64,000 nt of DNA from Patescibacteria group bacterium (GTDB taxonomy: Bacteria; Patescibacteriota; Microgenomatia; UBA8517): contig DATFUL010000008.1 in assembly GCA_035260845.1 (NCBI GenBank), positions 5,709 through 69,708 of the forward strand, read 5' to 3'. The position numbers were made by a program, and so were the translations under genes. The notes beneath the pieces are model-generated. The model was not told the origin of the DNA, made no database searches, and worked only from the letters and a program-made list of their open reading frames with translations. Shown here in pieces: positions 27,895-37,730 of the stretch. The stretch's first letter is position 1. The number at the start of each line of letters is the position of its first letter.

Positions 27895-28520
27895 ACCTTC
27901 TGGATTTGAAGAAAATCTAACTCAACTGGAGTCTCACGGCCGAAGATACTAACCAAAACTTTAACTTTTCCTTTTTCTTCATCCATTTCGTGGATTGTTC
28001 CCAAGAAATCTGCAAATGGGCCATCAGTGATTTTAATAGCTTCACCAACGCTGAACTTAGTCTTAAATCTTGGTGCCGGGGAACTTATAAACTTTTGAAT
28101 GTTGTTGACCTCAGCTTCTGATAATGGGGTTGGGTTATTGCCGGCACCAACGAAACCAGTGATTCCTGCGGTTGTTCTTACTGCCAACCAAGTTGGATCG
28201 TCCAAGATCATTTTAACTAATAAATAACCAGGGAAAATCTTCTCTTTAACTGTGGCTTTTTTACCCCCACGGATAATGACGCGGTCTTGGGTAGGGACCA
28301 ACATTTCAAAAATGCGGCCGTTCAAATTCATGGTTTCGATTCTTTGCCTTAGAGTTTCCATGACTCGGACTTCATGTCCCGAGGAAGTGTGAACTACATA
28401 CCATTTGGCTTTAGGGTCTTCCGTTACCGCCACGATAATGTGTCCAGGAATTTTCTTTTTTCCTGTTCCACGCTCTGAAACTCCTGCGACAACTGCTGGT
28501 TCTTGAGTAATATCGTCCAT
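27891..28520 (-). CDS. nusG: Transcription elongation factor NusG
   Basis: KWYVVHTSSGHE, IFPGYLLV, DGPFADF, SIFGRETPVELDF. Confidence 0.98.
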   Translation of the reverse strand: MDDITQEPAVVAGVSERGTGKKKIPGHIIVAVTEDPKAKWYVVHTSSGHEVRVMETLRQRIETMNLNGRIFEMLVPTQDRVIIRGGKKATVKEKIFPGYLLVKMILDDPTWLAVRTTAGITGFVGAGNNPTPLSEAEVNNIQKFISSPAPRFKTKFSVGEAIKITDGPFADFLGTIHEMDEEKGKVKVLVSIFGRETPVELDFLQIQKV

Positions 28521-28705
28521 TATTTTGTAACTAATTTAGTTAAGAGAGTGGTAAAAAGGTAATCTAGCCCTCCTACGTAGGCTCCTAAGATGCCTGAAAC
28601 CAAAAAGACGGTTAATGTAAGCTTGACTACTTCATCCCGGCTTGGCCAGGTAACTCTACTAAGTTCAAGTCTTACTTCACCAAAAAAATTGGTAACAGCT
28701 TTCAT
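28520..28705 (-). CDS. secE: Preprotein translocase SecE
   Basis: ELSRVTWPSR plus one TM; upstream of nusG. Confidence 0.95.
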   Translation of the reverse strand: MKAVTNFFGEVRLELSRVTWPSRDEVVKLTLTVFLVSGILGAYVGGLDYLFTTLLTKLVTK

Positions 28706-28778
28706 TCGAGATTGTATTGTAGCAAAAAGGAAGGGTAAATAAAAGTGGAAGCTTGCAAGGCCTGGTATAATGGGTTTT

Positions 28779-29252
28779 ATGACAAGAACTGAAGATCAAG
28801 CCTCAATTTTCGGAAAGCGTATCATCCCTGGAAAAAACGGGGGTTTTGGAGTTACGGGTCCTAATGGTGCCACAATAGATAGTTTTAAAAACCCAGTTAA
28901 AGAGATAAAAATTCCATCTGAACTTCTTGGCAATCTTGTGGGACTCGTGATAGAGGCTTTTCCGGATGAATTTCAGGGATCTGAAGGCCAATCTCGCGAG
29001 GATCAATTAACAGAAGGAATATTTAAGATATTTCCTGAGGAACAAGCTATCGAAGTGGCGAATAGAACATTGCCTGTGTTGATGCATCTTGGTATAGATG
29101 GTAAAAGAGTGGCCAGAGAGATCATGCAAACGAGTGAAGTGGTTCGTACTGCTTTGAAGCTTGATACAATGCCCAAGACTGATAAAGATAAAATGATCGA
29201 ACGGCTTGGGGAAGTTGTATCTAATCATTGGCCATCTTCTGGTAAAAAGTAA
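28779..29252 (+). CDS. Hypothetical protein
   Basis: ORF coupled to rnhB (TAATG); ATG 28779 follows TGGTATAAT by 7 nt. Confidence 0.65.
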   Translation: MTRTEDQASIFGKRIIPGKNGGFGVTGPNGATIDSFKNPVKEIKIPSELLGNLVGLVIEAFPDEFQGSEGQSREDQLTEGIFKIFPEEQAIEVANRTLPVLMHLGIDGKRVAREIMQTSEVVRTALKLDTMPKTDKDKMIERLGEVVSNHWPSSGKK

Positions 29253-29902
29253 TGGCTCTTCCAGATTTCTCCTTTGAAAATAAACTCCATAAGTTGGGTT
29301 ATAAATTAATTGCCGGGGTGGATGAAGTTGGACGCGGCTCATTCGCTGGTCCGGTTGTTGCAGGAGCAGTCATTCTGAATAACCAAATCTACAAATCTGC
29401 AAATCTACAAATTAAGATTAATGACAGTAAAAAACTTTCAAAGAAGCAAAGAGAAGTTGCGGATAAATGGATTCGGAAAAATGCGATCGCTTTTGGAATT
29501 GGCCAGGCCAGTGTTGCCCAAATAAATAAATTTGGGATCAAGAAAGCAACTGAAATTGCATTCAGAAAAGCCATAAAAAATTGTGGAATTAGAATAGATT
29601 ATCTTTTAATCGATGCTTTTTACATTCCGTACGTCAAAGGCTTAAGGCGTAAAAATCAAAAGGCGATAATAAAAGGGGATTCAAAATCAGTTTCCATTGC
29701 AGCGGCCTCAATTATTGCCAAGGTTTACAGGGATGATTTGATGACTCGTTTATCAAAACAATCAAAGTATAAAAAATATAGCTGGCACAAAAATATGGGC
29801 TACGGCACAAAAGACCACAGAAATGCAATCCAAAAATATGGGGCTACTAAACTACATAGGAAGTTATTCGTTAGAAACTGCGTTTCTTCTCAAGTTGAAT
29901 AG
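29252..29902 (+). CDS. rnhB: Ribonuclease HII
   Basis: AGVDEVGRG..AGPVVA, DSKKLS, KGD..SIAAASIIAKV, GYGT. Confidence 0.97.
   Translation: MALPDFSFENKLHKLGYKLIAGVDEVGRGSFAGPVVAGAVILNNQIYKSANLQIKINDSKKLSKKQREVADKWIRKNAIAFGIGQASVAQINKFGIKKATEIAFRKAIKNCGIRIDYLLIDAFYIPYVKGLRRKNQKAIIKGDSKSVSIAAASIIAKVYRDDLMTRLSKQSKYKKYSWHKNMGYGTKDHRNAIQKYGATKLHRKLFVRNCVSSQVE
29378..29413. repeat. 8-mer repeat in frame inside rnhB
   Basis: aataacca aatctaca aatctgca aatctaca; encodes NNQIYKSANLQI; same unit as the intergenic tract at 46392. Confidence 0.75.
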
Positions 29903-30065
29903 AATGCGCAATTCTGTACTTGGCTTCTTTTCTTTTTTCTGAGGGTTTTTTGTATTGGGCACGATCCCTGTATTCTTGCATTACACCTTCATCAATGGTT
30001 TTTTTACGAAATCGGGCAATAAGCTTATCGTCGCTTTCTCCCTTTTTCTTTTTAAGTATGAACAT
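29871..30065 (-). CDS. rpsU: 30S ribosomal protein bS21
   Basis: GESDDKLIARFRKK...YKKPSEKRK. Confidence 0.9.
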   Translation of the reverse strand: MFILKKKKGESDDKLIARFRKKTIDEGVMQEYRDRAQYKKPSEKRKEAKYRIAHSIQLEKKRSF

Positions 30066-30170
30066 ATTTTTTCAAAATCTGTTCCCACTTGCGTGGTAAA
30101 CATTTCATAGTTTGTGAGTCACCTCCAAGTCGTATTTTAGCACATCGTAGCTAATCTTTGAACCAACAAA

Positions 30171-31745
30171 TTAGATAGGATTTTGTGGATAAGTTGGGGG
30201 AGGGGGAGTTTTAAATGAACTTACAAGCACCGAAATGCCAAATCCAAGAGCAATTATGCTAAAAGTAATAATCGCAATATATTTAAGGTCAAGGCCGTTT
30301 GATGGCTTTGATGTTAATGTTGGGGCAGGAGTAGGTGTATTTACAAAACTCTCGTTTACTGCCGATTGTGATGCGGGCTTTGTTGTTACTTCACCTTTAT
30401 AGTAAACAACTTCTGGAGTTTGACTAGCCTTTGGTGTTGCCGGTTTTGCTGTTGGAGTAGGGGTTGTTTGACCACAACTTGCGTCATTTGGATAAAGGGG
30501 GTTTCTACAATAACCATTGTAACAGAAGTAATTTGCCTGACAATTACTGTTACTGCCACAGGTCCCGTTGCAAGAATTTGGATTGTCATATGTGTTTGAC
30601 AGGTTGGTTGGAGTAGGTGTTACTGTTGGGGTATTGGTTGGAAGTGGAGTATCTGTGGCAGTTGGAATGGGAGTATCGGTTGGTGTAGCACTGGGAGTAT
30701 TTGTAGGAACTCCAGCTATTGCATTATCGTAATCAAAAACATATTTCCACCAATTATCCCAAGTACCAGAAGTGGTTGAGGCAACTTTTGGGATATGGTT
30801 CAACCAAAATTCTTTCCAACCAAGACCTGTACAACCCCACCTTTCGCAGCCAAAAGTTTGCGTTTGTGTTGTTAGTGTGGGGTAGTTTGCATAATCCTCA
30901 CAACTTGATTCAGTTTGATTAGTGTTTGACCAATCATAATCAGTAGTACCGTTTGGTGGAATGTGAACTGTTCCGCAAGCAGAGTGGGATGTAAAATTTG
31001 TCCAAAAATCTATTGTGTTGTTTGTAAACACATGTGTCATTGTTCCTTCGAACCTGTGACCAAAGTCTTCCAGCATTTCGGACAGCCCTCTTTCGTAACT
31101 GAATCCCATTATGTGGAGATTTTTTGTACAACTTGACCCGAGTAGGGGCGGAGAATTTGTATTAAACGCGTCTGGTCCAGTCATTTCTGCTTCATAATAA
31201 CCAAACCATGGTCCACCCCAAAGCCAAAGTTCGTCAATTTCTCCTGAATTAACCTTTTCGCATACTTGATTGTCGCTCAAGATCTTTAGGTAGTTTACCA
31301 GCCATGGGTCATGACAATTTTGACTATTTGCAAGACAGGAAAGATATGAACTTTCTGTATAAATAAATCCGTCGTTTAAGTCTGGAAAAGAATTAGCATC
31401 AACTCTATCAACAATTTGAAAATTCGCATAGCCATTACTTAATTGATTTAAAGTTGAAGAGTAGGATGCTTCAAGCGCTTGTGGATCGTTCCAATTTTCA
31501 TACTCACTTAATTTTTGATTACCATGATTAACTAAAATCGGATCAAAATCGATAATCATAACCTTAATATTTTTTTGCCCAATTCCTGGAATTTGTTGAG
31601 CCTTATTTAACGGGTTAAAATTTTGTGTGACAACTGCCCAAATAAAAAGTGGGAGGGCAACCGCAAAGCCTACAACGAGCCCAAGTCCCAAAAGTCTTTT
31701 AGTTGATACTGGGAGATTTTTAAGATTGTTAAAAAACCGCTTCAC
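30171..31745 (-). CDS. Membrane-anchored surface protein: globular domain, Thr/Pro linker, Cys-rich module, C-terminal TM
   Basis: N-terminal TM, IDELWLWGGPWFG, EDFGHRFE, TPT repeats, CNGTCGSNSNC..C...GYC. Confidence 0.8.
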   Translation of the reverse strand: MKRFFNNLKNLPVSTKRLLGLGLVVGFAVALPLFIWAVVTQNFNPLNKAQQIPGIGQKNIKVMIIDFDPILVNHGNQKLSEYENWNDPQALEASYSSTLNQLSNGYANFQIVDRVDANSFPDLNDGFIYTESSYLSCLANSQNCHDPWLVNYLKILSDNQVCEKVNSGEIDELWLWGGPWFGYYEAEMTGPDAFNTNSPPLLGSSCTKNLHIMGFSYERGLSEMLEDFGHRFEGTMTHVFTNNTIDFWTNFTSHSACGTVHIPPNGTTDYDWSNTNQTESSCEDYANYPTLTTQTQTFGCERWGCTGLGWKEFWLNHIPKVASTTSGTWDNWWKYVFDYDNAIAGVPTNTPSATPTDTPIPTATDTPLPTNTPTVTPTPTNLSNTYDNPNSCNGTCGSNSNCQANYFCYNGYCRNPLYPNDASCGQTTPTPTAKPATPKASQTPEVVYYKGEVTTKPASQSAVNESFVNTPTPAPTLTSKPSNGLDLKYIAIITFSIIALGFGISVLVSSFKTPPPPTYPQNPI

Positions 31746-31808
31746 ATATTCATACTATCTTTTTACAGCGTATTGCACAACTATTTTGTTGAGTATAGAA
31801 TAACGGAA

Positions 31809-32819
31809 ATGGCAAGCAAAAAGTCTGCACTTATTACAGGGATTACAGGCCAAGATGGCAGTTATTTAGCCGAGCTCCTTCTTAAAAAAGACTATGAGGT
31901 CTCCGGAATTGTAAGAAAAACCTCGCACGAAGAATACGCTAACATAGGCCACATCCAAGATGACCTAAAACTTTACCAAGGGGATTTGCTTGACCCGGTT
32001 TCCTTACGCGAAATTATTCAAAAAGTTGAACCTGACGAAGTTTATAATTTAGCTGCACAATCTTCTCCAGCCGAGTCTTTTAAACAGCCAATCCATACAG
32101 CAGAAATAACAGCAATTGGGGCCCACAGAGTATTAGATGCAACTCTCGACGTAAATCCAAAAACAAAATTCTACCAGGCTTCTTCAAGCGAAATGTTCGG
32201 TTGGGTAAAAGAAATTCCGCAAACAGAAGAAACACCTTTTAATCCCGCAAATCCATATGCTGTTGCTAAACTTTACGCTTTTTGCATGACCAAAATTTAC
32301 AGAGAAAGCTACGATATGTTTGCAACAAACGGAATTTTATTTAATCATGAGAGTCCACGCAGACACTTGGGTTTTGTAACTCAAAAAGTGGCCTATGCAG
32401 CAGCTTGTGCCAAACTTGGAATTAAAACTTCACAGAATCTGAATGAAGCAGGTGAGCCGGTTTACAAAAATGGCAAAGTTAGTTTGGGAAACTTGGAAGC
32501 AAAACGTGATTGGGGCTTTGCAGGCGACTATGTTGAAGCAATGTATTTAATGATGCAAGCTGCTACTCCTGACGATTTTGTTGTTGCAACAGGGGAAACC
32601 CATACAATAAAAGAGCTTTGTCAGGAATCGTTCTCATATGTTGGTCTAAACTGGGAAGATCACGTAATAATTGATAAAAGATTTGTAAGGCCCACTGAAA
32701 CTGGACCATTGGTTGGGGATGCTACAAAAATCAAAAAAGTCTTGAATTGGACTCCAAAAACTAATTTTAAAGAATTAGTTCACATCATGGTTGATGCGCA
32801 CCTAGCCCGATTGAAATAG
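31809..32819 (+). CDS. gmd: GDP-mannose 4,6-dehydratase
   Basis: ALITGITGQDGSYLAE, YQASSSEMFG, PYAVAK, LFNHESPRR. Confidence 0.96.
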   Translation: MASKKSALITGITGQDGSYLAELLLKKDYEVSGIVRKTSHEEYANIGHIQDDLKLYQGDLLDPVSLREIIQKVEPDEVYNLAAQSSPAESFKQPIHTAEITAIGAHRVLDATLDVNPKTKFYQASSSEMFGWVKEIPQTEETPFNPANPYAVAKLYAFCMTKIYRESYDMFATNGILFNHESPRRHLGFVTQKVAYAAACAKLGIKTSQNLNEAGEPVYKNGKVSLGNLEAKRDWGFAGDYVEAMYLMMQAATPDDFVVATGETHTIKELCQESFSYVGLNWEDHVIIDKRFVRPTETGPLVGDATKIKKVLNWTPKTNFKELVHIMVDAHLARLK

Positions 32820-33101
32820 ATGGAAAGAAAAGTCGTAAGAAAATCGTCGAGATTATCAATAAGTCAGTCCGAATTCGCCTCCCAAACGGGAGTAACAGTT
32901 AACTTTCTTACTCAACTAGTTGATGCCGGATTGGTAACCCCAGATTACAAGACAAATAATGTAAACAATTATGGCGACGGTTATAGGACTTCTCAACTCT
33001 GGAAAGTGAAAGAAGCCAAAAAGATAAAAGACAAACATAAAAATTGGACTGCAGAAGATATTACCTTTTTAGTACCAAAGATGAAGCCCTCTCGATATTG
33101 A
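32820..33101 (+). CDS. MerR-like HTH protein
   Basis: SQSEFASQTGVTVNFL...DAGLVTP...Y pattern. Confidence 0.6.
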   Translation: MERKVVRKSSRLSISQSEFASQTGVTVNFLTQLVDAGLVTPDYKTNNVNNYGDGYRTSQLWKVKEAKKIKDKHKNWTAEDITFLVPKMKPSRY

Positions 33102-33132
33102 TCTTTTACCCCGAAGTCATCATTATTAGACT

Positions 33133-34377
33133 GTGAAACGCTATCTTTTGATGTTCAAAGAAAATCCGGTGTGGCAGAAAATCTTTATTTTTTCTTTAAT
33201 TTTGTTTTTTATTCGTTTGGCAGATTCAATAATCTCTTTTTGGGCTCCCAATCAAATTCAAGAATCATTAGGTAATCCAATTATTATGGGTGCGATAATT
33301 GGTTTGCAGTCAGTTGTTGGTCTTTTGGCAGATTTAGTTTTCCCCAAAATTTTTAGAACCATTACTGCACGCAGGCTTGCATTTTTTGCAATAGTTATCT
33401 CAGCCTTAACTTCGCTTTCGTTAACAGCCGGTTTCTATTTACCGTATGTTGCTGTTTTTGTAATAACAATGATACTTTGGGGAATTTATTATGAACTTAT
33501 TAATTTTGCCAACTTTCAATTTATGGGAAGCGCGGTTCCAACACACATTAGGACTGCGGCATGGGGTTTTACGGGGATATTTTTAAGTCTTGCCTATTTT
33601 CTTGGGCCATTTATAGCGTCGGCCGCTTTATTACATGGAATTTTTATTACCCAAGGTTCAATAATAATTTTTCTATTAGCCGCTTTTGTTTTGTTATCTT
33701 TAACAAAAAAAACACACGAGGCGGTAGCATTCCAACCCGTTGATTTTTCGGATCTTAACCCTTTAAGTGAATTTAAACATTGGCTAACTTTATCTGAATA
33801 TATTTGGCCAATAATAATTATTAGCCTGGTTTTAGGATTTATTGATTCCACCTTTTATACCATTGGATCTGTGTGGACTGAAAAACTGGCTCACATTAAT
33901 CCTTGGGGTATTTGGTTTTTGCCTCTATACCTTCTTCCTTCAATATGTTTAGGAATTCCGCTATCACAGTGGCAAATCGAGAGTGGCAAGAAAAAATTGA
34001 GCGAAAAATTTATGGCGCTTGCCGGAATTATTTTGGCAGGAATTGCTTTCAGTGACAGTTTACCCTGGCAACTTACCATTGTTTGTTTAAGTTCAAGTGC
34101 ACTTGCTATTTGTTATCCGCTTTTGAACGGGGTTTACTGCGATATGATTGCTAGAATGGGAAGAGAGAAAAAAGATATGATTGGTTTAACAAATTCAGTT
34201 ACAAATCTATCTTATATTGTCTGGCCTATATTTGCAGGACTTTTAACTTCTAGAGTTGGGGAGAGATTAACGTTTGCTTGGGTTGGAATAGGAGTTTTTG
34301 TTGTTGCTGTAATTTTACTTTTTATAACTCCCAAAAAGCTAAAATTGCCTCAGGAAGAAATTAAAAGTTGGGAATAA
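33133..34377 (+). CDS. MFS transporter
   Basis: About 12 hydrophobic segments, 414 aa. Confidence 0.85.
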   Translation: MKRYLLMFKENPVWQKIFIFSLILFFIRLADSIISFWAPNQIQESLGNPIIMGAIIGLQSVVGLLADLVFPKIFRTITARRLAFFAIVISALTSLSLTAGFYLPYVAVFVITMILWGIYYELINFANFQFMGSAVPTHIRTAAWGFTGIFLSLAYFLGPFIASAALLHGIFITQGSIIIFLLAAFVLLSLTKKTHEAVAFQPVDFSDLNPLSEFKHWLTLSEYIWPIIIISLVLGFIDSTFYTIGSVWTEKLAHINPWGIWFLPLYLLPSICLGIPLSQWQIESGKKKLSEKFMALAGIILAGIAFSDSLPWQLTIVCLSSSALAICYPLLNGVYCDMIARMGREKKDMIGLTNSVTNLSYIVWPIFAGLLTSRVGERLTFAWVGIGVFVVAVILLFITPKKLKLPQEEIKSWE

Positions 34378-34382
34378 TCTTA

Positions 34383-34811
34383 CTATTCAAGGCCAATAAG
34401 TTTGGCGAGTTTTGTAGAAGAAAGGTCACTAATTTTCTTGATTTCAACTAATTTGGCTTTTACTAAATCTGCGTGTCTTTTTTTTTTGCTTTTCATGTTA
34501 TCGCCTTCGGTAATTGCAATTATATTGGGTTTAATTTTTTCAACTAATTTTTTGTAATCTTCATCAGAATTCATTTCTGGCAAAGATATTACTTCATCAA
34601 CAAAGTTCAAAGATTCCAACATTTCGCGTCTTTGCTTTTGGTTATGAACTGGGCGGCCCGGCCCTTTTAATCTCTTTGTAGTTTCATCGCTTTCCAGTGC
34701 AACGACTAGATAATCTCCATTTTTTTTCGCCTCTTTAAGAAAATTAACATGCCCATGGTGAAGGATATCGAATACTCCGCCAACCAAAACTTTTATCATT
34801 CTTTTTAGCAT
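34383..34811 (-). CDS. Cytidylyltransferase-like nucleotidyltransferase (TagD/RibL/RfaE-II family)
   Basis: GGVFDILHHGH, KGPGRP, VDEV, SSTKL. Confidence 0.9.
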   Translation of the reverse strand: MLKRMIKVLVGGVFDILHHGHVNFLKEAKKNGDYLVVALESDETTKRLKGPGRPVHNQKQRREMLESLNFVDEVISLPEMNSDEDYKKLVEKIKPNIIAITEGDNMKSKKKRHADLVKAKLVEIKKISDLSSTKLAKLIGLE

Positions 34812-34884
34812 TATACGGTTTGGGTTTCTAATTATAAAGAATAGAACATTAATCCTCTAATTATTTTGTGGTACTATAAATGAT

Positions 34885-35964
34885 ATGCCCAATGTAAAGG
34901 ATACTGAAGACGCTCCAAAAATAAAAAAACCTGTTATTAGAGATAGGATAAAACTTGCCATCGACCGTACTGTACTTAAAAAATTCCGTTTGGTTGTTGT
35001 TGCTTACTCAAGTGTTCAGCGGGAACATTTCGCTACAAAGGATGCCTATGAAGCAGAAATTGAAGTCGAACAGAGAGCAATAGAAGTTGCCGAAGAAGTT
35101 AGAAAATTGGGAATCCCGGTAAGGACTCTTCCCGGAGATCAATATTTTTATACAAATTTACTTGTAGATAAACCGGACCTTGTAATTAATTTAGTTGACA
35201 CACTTAAAGGTCGAGACCAACTCCAGCCCTCAGTACCAGCAGCTCTTGAGCTCGCCAACATTCCTTATACCGGGGCTGGAATGGAAGGATTGATAATAGG
35301 TAACAATCGCAATTTAACCAAAAGGCTTTTAATTGCATATGATGTTCCAACTCCACCCTTTCAGTTTATTCGCAGGGCTGGAACAAATATCGATGAAGAT
35401 TTGGGTGTTCCTTTGATAGTTAAACTTAATGAAGGCGGGGGAAGTGTGGGAATTAATAATAATGCCGTTAAAGATACCGAACGCGCCGCAAAGCTTCGCG
35501 CAAATAGCATGATTTCTACCTACCATTTTCCTGTAATTGTTGAGAAGTTTGTCGATGGCCCAGAAGTCACGGTTGTTGTGTTTGATGATGGGGTAAAAAG
35601 ACACGTTGTTATGGCCCAGAAGAAGTTTGGCATAAAGCCTGACGGCAAACATGAATTCACAAGTATCGAGTCATACGATAACTGGAAGTCATATAAATAT
35701 ATCCCGGTTGACGAGAGCAGTAAGTTTGAGATTAAAAAATTGGCGGTTCGGGCTTTTGGGGGACTTCAACATAAAGATTATGCAAAGTTTGATGTTAGGG
35801 TGGATGCAGATACCGGAATCCCATATTTTACAGACAGTAACCCAAATACAGCATTTGGCCCAGATAGAGGACTGCCAATGACAGAGGTATTGGCCATGAA
35901 TGGAGTAGAATTTTCGGATGTTTTGGCCTCTTTACTCTCCAAATATGCCAAGGATTTAGGCTGA
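34885..35964 (+). CDS. D-Ala--D-Ala ligase-like ATP-grasp protein (divergent)
   Basis: IPYTGAG, PLIVK..GGSVGI, EKFVDGPEVTV, YAKFDVR, FTDSNPN. Confidence 0.88.
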   Translation: MPNVKDTEDAPKIKKPVIRDRIKLAIDRTVLKKFRLVVVAYSSVQREHFATKDAYEAEIEVEQRAIEVAEEVRKLGIPVRTLPGDQYFYTNLLVDKPDLVINLVDTLKGRDQLQPSVPAALELANIPYTGAGMEGLIIGNNRNLTKRLLIAYDVPTPPFQFIRRAGTNIDEDLGVPLIVKLNEGGGSVGINNNAVKDTERAAKLRANSMISTYHFPVIVEKFVDGPEVTVVVFDDGVKRHVVMAQKKFGIKPDGKHEFTSIESYDNWKSYKYIPVDESSKFEIKKLAVRAFGGLQHKDYAKFDVRVDADTGIPYFTDSNPNTAFGPDRGLPMTEVLAMNGVEFSDVLASLLSKYAKDLG

Positions 35965-36011
35965 ACCCATACTCGACAATTTATATTTTGTGTCGTAGAA
36001 TAGGCCAATAT

Positions 36012-36683
36012 ATGGTACTCGAGAAAAACCCCAAAACACGTCCAATTGCCAAAAGACTTCTTCAGCTTGAGGATAAAGTCAAAGGCAAACCTTTTGCTTC
36101 GATGGCTAGGGTGCTTGAACTTTCAAACTACAGCTGTGGACCAGCAACTCTTGAGATGTTACTTTCATTTGTTGGCTCTAAAGCTACCCAAAAAGAGCTA
36201 ATTAAGTCAATTCGTGTTCAAAAGACAATCAAACTCTATGGAATTAATATAAATGATATGGGACATGCCGTAAAAATCGTAAGCCGCGGCAAACTTGTAT
36301 TTTGGAGAAAACATCGAGCCAACGTTAGTGATATTGCTTTAACTATCGACAAGTTTAAATACCCAGTTGGAGTCGAGTGGCAGGGTGATTTTTATGAAAA
36401 TGAGGATGAGGACAGAGGTCATTACTCTGTTGTTACTAGTGTAAACAAAGAGTCGGGATTCTTAAGGATTGCAGACCCTTATTTTAATAGTTTTTTTAAA
36501 TATAAAGATCTTGATCGAAAGTACGCAATTAACGACTTTGTTAAAAAATGGTGGGATATAAATGAAATCAAAGTTGCAGGGTCGCCAAAAAGGCGCAAAA
36601 TTAAAGATACTCGAGTTATGTTTGTAATTGTTCCAAAAGGGGAAAACTGGCCCAAGAAACTAGGGATGGTAAAAGCCTCTTAA
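36012..36683 (+). CDS. C39-like papain-fold cysteine peptidase
   Basis: YSCGPA...GHYSVV...IADP Cys-His-Asp arrangement. Confidence 0.8.
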   Translation: MVLEKNPKTRPIAKRLLQLEDKVKGKPFASMARVLELSNYSCGPATLEMLLSFVGSKATQKELIKSIRVQKTIKLYGININDMGHAVKIVSRGKLVFWRKHRANVSDIALTIDKFKYPVGVEWQGDFYENEDEDRGHYSVVTSVNKESGFLRIADPYFNSFFKYKDLDRKYAINDFVKKWWDINEIKVAGSPKRRKIKDTRVMFVIVPKGENWPKKLGMVKAS

Positions 36684-36702
36684 ATCAATATACTTTCTTC
36701 AT

Positions 36703-37728
36703 ATGCGTGTAGCTCTTGCCTATAACGTCAAGAAAAACAAACCTTCTTCTGATCTTTCCAAGCAAACTGACTTGGAATTTGATCTTCCTTATGTAATTAA
36801 CGAAATCAAAAAATCTATTGAAGAATTAGGGCACACTATAATTAAAGTCGAAGCAGACGAAAATGCTTTTACCAAACTTAAGAAACTAAAAGGAAAAATA
36901 GATATTGTTTTTAATATTGCCGAAGGCTTGTGGGGTGAAGCCCGGGAAACTCAAATTCCAATAATCTGCGAAATACTTAAAATTCCATATACTCATTCGG
37001 GTCCAACCACTCACACAATTTCGCTTGATAAATCATTTACGAATTTAATTCTAAAGGGGGCGGAGGGCATAAATGTTCCGGAGTCACATGTTGTTAAAGA
37101 AAAAAACTGGGTTCTACCCAGTCGGCTTAAGTTTCCATTGATCGTAAAACCCAATAGCGAGGGTTCAAGTAAAGGTGTACTTGATGCCAATGTGGTTAAT
37201 AATCAACGTGACCTAAAAAAACGTGTGGAATTTGTTTCAGAAAAGTTCACGAAAGAGGTATTAATTGAAGAATACGTTGATGGCCGTGAATTTACTGTCG
37301 CTGTGATGGGTAATGAAGAATTAACAGTCCTCCCAATTATTGAGCAAAAGTTTGATTTTCTGCCCAAAGGAATGAACAAAATTGCCAGTTTTGAACTTAA
37401 ATGGCTTTACGAAGATTCTCTGACAGATCTGCATGATGCCTACGATTGTCCGGCAAAATTATCAACGAGTCAAAGAAAAGAGATAGAGCGTGTTACAAAA
37501 GAGGTTTATAGAATTTTGGACGTAAAAGATTGTGCAAGGCTGGACTTTAGAATGAATAAAAAAGGCAAACTTTATTTTATCGAAATAAATACAATACCTG
37601 GAATTAACCCAAGTTTAGACGGAATTTCTTATTTTCCACTTGCAGCAAGAACAGCAGGCATTAATTATAAAGAGATGGTAGGCAAGATTCTTGAAATGGC
37701 AGAGAAAAGGTATAAAATTCTGGGATAG
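36703..37728 (+). CDS. D-Ala--D-Ala ligase-like ATP-grasp protein
   Basis: VFNIAEG, IPYTHSG, PLIVKPNSEGSSKG, EEYVDGREFTV, ARLDFR, IEINTIPG. Confidence 0.9.
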   Translation: MRVALAYNVKKNKPSSDLSKQTDLEFDLPYVINEIKKSIEELGHTIIKVEADENAFTKLKKLKGKIDIVFNIAEGLWGEARETQIPIICEILKIPYTHSGPTTHTISLDKSFTNLILKGAEGINVPESHVVKEKNWVLPSRLKFPLIVKPNSEGSSKGVLDANVVNNQRDLKKRVEFVSEKFTKEVLIEEYVDGREFTVAVMGNEELTVLPIIEQKFDFLPKGMNKIASFELKWLYEDSLTDLHDAYDCPAKLSTSQRKEIERVTKEVYRILDVKDCARLDFRMNKKGKLYFIEINTIPGINPSLDGISYFPLAARTAGINYKEMVGKILEMAEKRYKILG

Positions 37729-37730
37729 TT

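Noticed and set aside
30390-30710. Thr/Pro-encoding nucleotide repeats
   Set aside because: Explained by a low-complexity protein linker with codon periodicity
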